Assembly (NCBI GenBank): GCA_903848795.1
Contig: CAINHC010000037.1
Location: forward strand, 1 to 51,878
Reading direction: 5' to 3'
DNA length: 51,878 nt
From: an uncultured bacterium
Lineage (GTDB): Bacteria; Patescibacteriota; Minisyncoccia; Phycocordibacterales; CAIZLB01
In this document: piece after piece, positions 48,492 through 51,878 of the stretch
How the letters are laid out: every line of letters starts with the position of its first letter
How positions within the stretch are numbered: position 1 is the first letter of the stretch
Notes under the pieces: model-generated
Seen by the model: the letters and a program-made list of their open reading frames with translations, nothing else
Database searches by the model: none
What the model was told of the DNA's origin: nothing
Translations under genes and position numbers: made by a program

Positions 48492-50603
48492 ATGAATGAA
48501 AAACCAATAATTATAGAGACAGCAAAAGATGGAAGGGATAATGAAGAGAAAAAAATTGATGGTATTCTGCTTGAGCCTGAAAATCCACCTACAACTGCTC
48601 CTAAAAAAGAACAAGGAGATAGAGAATTTCAAGAAAAACAACATGAGCAAGCTGTGAATTTTGTTGAGGGCCACAGAAATGTTTTGGAACATTATGCTCG
48701 GGGTGCTATTTCTATAGCTCCATCGCCAAAAGGTTTAAATACATTTGCCTTTGATCTTGAAAAAAATACAATTTACATAAACTCAATGTTCTACAAAGAA
48801 CTTGGTTTGTCAGATGAGCGCACACTTTTTGCCTCAATGCATGAAATAGAACACTTCCTAGAAAAGAAACAAATTCTAGCAGAAAAAGGTGGCTCTATAA
48901 AATTTAAAAAATATTTAGATAGAATTAAAAAATCTAGAGCCTTTGCTTTAACAGATAATTGTGTAGCGGATATACATGTGAACAAGACAGTTATATCAAA
49001 AACAAACGAGAGTTTGGCTGGGGTTGAAAAGGGTATGTATACGGAAGTGCTATTTAAGGAAAGAGATTTTACAGAAGCTCCAAAGCATATTCAATTTGCG
49101 CAAGCCTTGCTTAGAGAATCGAGGGTATCCGACGAAGAATGTGTTGTCGCAGAAGATGTGCGAGAGAAAATGGAAAAAATCAAAAGTATGAAAGGTAAGA
49201 GTGGGTTGTCACTTATTGATGTTATGACATCACCGTCGACAACCATGTCTGATAGATTGGCTCTGCAGGACAAGTTCATAATGCCAATAATTGAGGAATT
49301 AAAAGAAAAAGATATTGAAGAGGAGAAAGAAAAACGTAAACAGAAAAAAGAACAGCAGGAAAAACAAAAGCAAAAATCTGAGAAGGAGAAAGGCGAAGAG
49401 GGTGAGGATATGAAGAATGATGATGAAGGTGGTGATGATAATAAAGATGACCCAACTAAAGGAGATAAAACCAAACCAGAAAAAGGTGGCAAAAATGAAT
49501 CTAAGGGGGAAGGGGATGAAGATCTAAATGAAAACTTTGACCCAAATGAATTTTGGAAAGAATCCTATGATAAGGCAGATAAAACAACACCAAGAGCTGT
49601 ATCACAAGAGGATATAGACAAAGCGATTGAAGAATATGAAAAAGCAACTAAAGCTAAGGTAAAAAGTGAAAAAGAAATACAAGAAGAACTTGATAAGGAA
49701 TACGCAGAAAATATTGGAGTGAAAAAAGAGGATTTGCAACAATATAGAAAATTGGTAAAAGAGTTAGAAAAAGTTGTTAATCCAGAGACAAATAGAAATG
49801 TTATAGAGGAACTTAGGGATCTAATTGCAAAAATTATATCCAAAAGAAAAAAGAAAAAAACAGATCCAAAATATCCAGTGGAAGAAGGTGATGAATTAGT
49901 GGAACCTGGGGAATTGGTTGCTGAGGTTAAGAAAGGTAATTTTACACCAAAAGTTTGGGAGACACATGAGCTCAAAGAAAAAGCTGATAATAAATTTGGA
50001 GAAATAGAGATAACATTTGTTGGCGACAGGTCTACCTCTATGAAGGAAGGTAGAAAACTTACTGAACAGCAAAAATCTATCGTTATGGCAATGGAGGCTT
50101 TAAAAGAGTTTTCGGATATATGTAAAGAAGAGAGAACAAACTTAACTAAACCTCTTGAAATCAAATCTGAAATTTATTCTTTTCAGTCTTCAGAAAAAGA
50201 TGATAAGACACCAATAAAAGCAATGTCTCCTGAACTTAGTGAGGCAGACAGAATAAAAACAGCCTCAAAACTTGCGTCGTGTACTGGGTCAACGATGGAC
50301 TTTGTACCACTTGAAACTATTATGTCTAATTTGGACGAGACTTCCAAGAAAAAAATTCTTGCTGGTGAATTAAAAAAAATTGTAATTATATTTACCGATG
50401 GAGAAAGCGATGACTCAGATAGGGTAATAAAAGTTCTAAAAACACTTAGGGAATCTGGAGTTGTCGCGGTTGGTGTGGGGGTAACGGAATCTGGTAAACA
50501 AACTTTGCTTACTTATGCACCAGACGCAAAACTAGCGGAAACAGCGGATAAATTACCAATTATATTGGGTGAGCTTTTGAAGGAACATCTTTCTGTTGTA
50601 TAG
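48492..50603 (+). CDS. VWA-domain protein with N-terminal HExxH metallopeptidase-like domain and charged linker
   Basis: MHEIEH; K/E/D/G-rich linker; MIDAS DRSTS ... FTDGES, VGVG; directly follows the MoxR-type ATPase. Confidence 0.82.
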   Translation: MNEKPIIIETAKDGRDNEEKKIDGILLEPENPPTTAPKKEQGDREFQEKQHEQAVNFVEGHRNVLEHYARGAISIAPSPKGLNTFAFDLEKNTIYINSMFYKELGLSDERTLFASMHEIEHFLEKKQILAEKGGSIKFKKYLDRIKKSRAFALTDNCVADIHVNKTVISKTNESLAGVEKGMYTEVLFKERDFTEAPKHIQFAQALLRESRVSDEECVVAEDVREKMEKIKSMKGKSGLSLIDVMTSPSTTMSDRLALQDKFIMPIIEELKEKDIEEEKEKRKQKKEQQEKQKQKSEKEKGEEGEDMKNDDEGGDDNKDDPTKGDKTKPEKGGKNESKGEGDEDLNENFDPNEFWKESYDKADKTTPRAVSQEDIDKAIEEYEKATKAKVKSEKEIQEELDKEYAENIGVKKEDLQQYRKLVKELEKVVNPETNRNVIEELRDLIAKIISKRKKKKTDPKYPVEEGDELVEPGELVAEVKKGNFTPKVWETHELKEKADNKFGEIEITFVGDRSTSMKEGRKLTEQQKSIVMAMEALKEFSDICKEERTNLTKPLEIKSEIYSFQSSEKDDKTPIKAMSPELSEADRIKTASKLASCTGSTMDFVPLETIMSNLDETSKKKILAGELKKIVIIFTDGESDDSDRVIKVLKTLRESGVVAVGVGVTESGKQTLLTYAPDAKLAETADKLPIILGELLKEHLSVV

Positions 50604-50683
50604 CAATGGTATGTTAGATTAGTAAACAAGACAGTAGAGTATTACTTTATTATAAATCTTAAAGATGATAATATAAAAACATC

Positions 50684-51721
50684 ATGGAATCACCAATCAT
50701 AGAGATGGCTAAGCCAAAATCACCACAAAAGTCTGAAAACAGATCTGAATTAGAAACAGACCAACAAAAAGCAAAAGAAGCTTACAAAGCTTCTTTTGAC
50801 AAGCTGGATCTTTTTATTGGACGAGACATAGCAAGATATAAAGAACAACTGGCAAGCGGTGACTTTGAAGACAAAGAAGGAGATGAGGAGGGTTCTGGAG
50901 AAAAAAGAAAGGAAGCATTTAGAGTAAAGCTTTTACGTAATATGGATAAGGTAGAGAAAATGCATAAAGTTATAGAAAGTGGAGAAGATATACTCTTAAT
51001 ACAGCCTGAAATCTCTGTAGATTATGTTTATGCTAACCCCACCATGGGCGCCCTAGAACACCAGGAATCCATAACTATAAACATAGAAGAAAAACTTCAA
51101 GAATTTATAACACTATATCAAGAAACAAACATAGATATACCACCAGACTTTGAAGATCAAATCAGAGAGATTTGGTCAAGAAACACCACAGAAATACAAC
51201 AGTCAATAGAGGAGAATGGATTTGATGATATTCTGCTTGTTCCAGCCAACCTTAACCTTGTAGATCTTGCAGAGAAGATGAAGATGGAAAATGGAAATTT
51301 CACTGGTGCCAACTTTGATAACGGAGGAGGCTTTGCTGGAGCAAAGAGTATAGGTATAGACAAACCACGTATTATTCTATATCACAAGAAAACGTTGCCA
51401 GAAATACAAGAGAAGACAGGAATAGACGTTCATTTAGACATCAAGGCGGGTGAAGCTGAAAAGCTATTCAAACAAAACCCTGATCAATACTTAAGTACTC
51501 TTGAAGACTTTATTGTTTTTGAAAGGAAAAATCTTAAAGATTCCAACAAACACTTTTCCAAGTATGCAGAAAACAGTGGAGTTTGGCTATCTGGAACCAA
51601 GTCTGGCGACCGTTGTGTCTACTCCGGCTGGGACTCCGATGGCGGGCTGAGTGTCAACGCCGATGATGCCGACGATTCCGACTTCAGCTTGGGCGTTCGT
51701 CCCTCCCGCTATTTTTATTAA
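50684..51721 (+). CDS. Putative DGR target protein sharing the C-terminal domain of the AAA ATPase
   Basis: EHQESITINIEEKLQEF..., GGGFAGA, DKPRIIL, and the LGVRPSRYFY end shared with 45932..48424. Confidence 0.82.
   Translation: MESPIIEMAKPKSPQKSENRSELETDQQKAKEAYKASFDKLDLFIGRDIARYKEQLASGDFEDKEGDEEGSGEKRKEAFRVKLLRNMDKVEKMHKVIESGEDILLIQPEISVDYVYANPTMGALEHQESITINIEEKLQEFITLYQETNIDIPPDFEDQIREIWSRNTTEIQQSIEENGFDDILLVPANLNLVDLAEKMKMENGNFTGANFDNGGGFAGAKSIGIDKPRIILYHKKTLPEIQEKTGIDVHLDIKAGEAEKLFKQNPDQYLSTLEDFIVFERKNLKDSNKHFSKYAENSGVWLSGTKSGDRCVYSGWDSDGGLSVNADDADDSDFSLGVRPSRYFY
51054..51176 (+). repeat. 123-bp direct repeat, copy 2
   Basis: 6 mismatches versus 47793-47915. Confidence 0.9.
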
Positions 51722-51772
51722 TAATAGGTAGCTTGTAGCTTGGGGATTGTATCTTTTTTTGAATTTTGTATT
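51602..51772 (+). repeat. Putative DGR variable region VR2 plus conserved 3' flank
   Basis: 171-bp direct repeat with 48305-48475. Confidence 0.88.
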
Positions 51773-51878
51773 CTGCATTTTAAATTTTTTCTTTGTATTG
51801 GATTTTGGTGAGTATGGTGGAATTGTTGACGTTGAAGCAACAGATGATTCTAACCTGCCAAAAATTGATTTTAAATTA

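Noticed and set aside
49300-49530. Purine-rich repetitive stretch in the VWA gene
   Set aside because: Explained by a K/E/D/G-rich disordered linker, common between peptidase-like and VWA domains.
1-51878. DGR reverse transcriptase, Avd or template repeat within the window
   Set aside because: No ORF with RT motifs in the ORF track, and no AAC-rich third copy of the VR found by eye. Neither VR has A at all mismatch positions, so neither is the template.

Overview
AT-rich bacterial window in the standard genetic code (TGA is used as stop in ATGA overlaps). Gene content suggests a Patescibacteria/CPR (Parcubacteria-like) genome; this is an inference from the truncated PheS/PheT, short EF-Ts, many leaderless-type promoters and CPR-type secreted proteins. 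Layout: (1) 0.2-17.4 kb, a minus-strand surface-glycan locus (Wzx flippase, GT2/GT4 enzymes, five methyltransferase domains, and a GDP-heptose pathway hddA-hddC-gmhA-gmhB with its own transaldolase); (2) pfkB, fba and more glycosyltransferases; (3) rplY followed by a candidate defence island (RloA/RloB-like pair, DUF3800, unknowns); (4) housekeeping genes rpmE, prfA, rpsB, tsf, tRNA-Thr(UGU), pheS, pheT; (5) a MoxR-type AAA+ ATPase / VWA-metallopeptidase / third-gene cluster. Highlights: two genes of that last cluster end in paralogous 120-nt cassettes whose 17 differences all fall at codon positions 1-2, the signature of diversity-generating retroelement (DGR) variable regions, with no RT or template seen in the window. 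There are also several unannotated, promoter-driven structured RNA candidates. The clearest is a ~90-nt three-way-junction RNA present in two covarying copies flanking a small putative nuclease gene; others lie next to the DUF3800 and NYN genes, and a ~300-nt RNA lies at 17.5 kb. All family assignments are by motif recognition, not database search.
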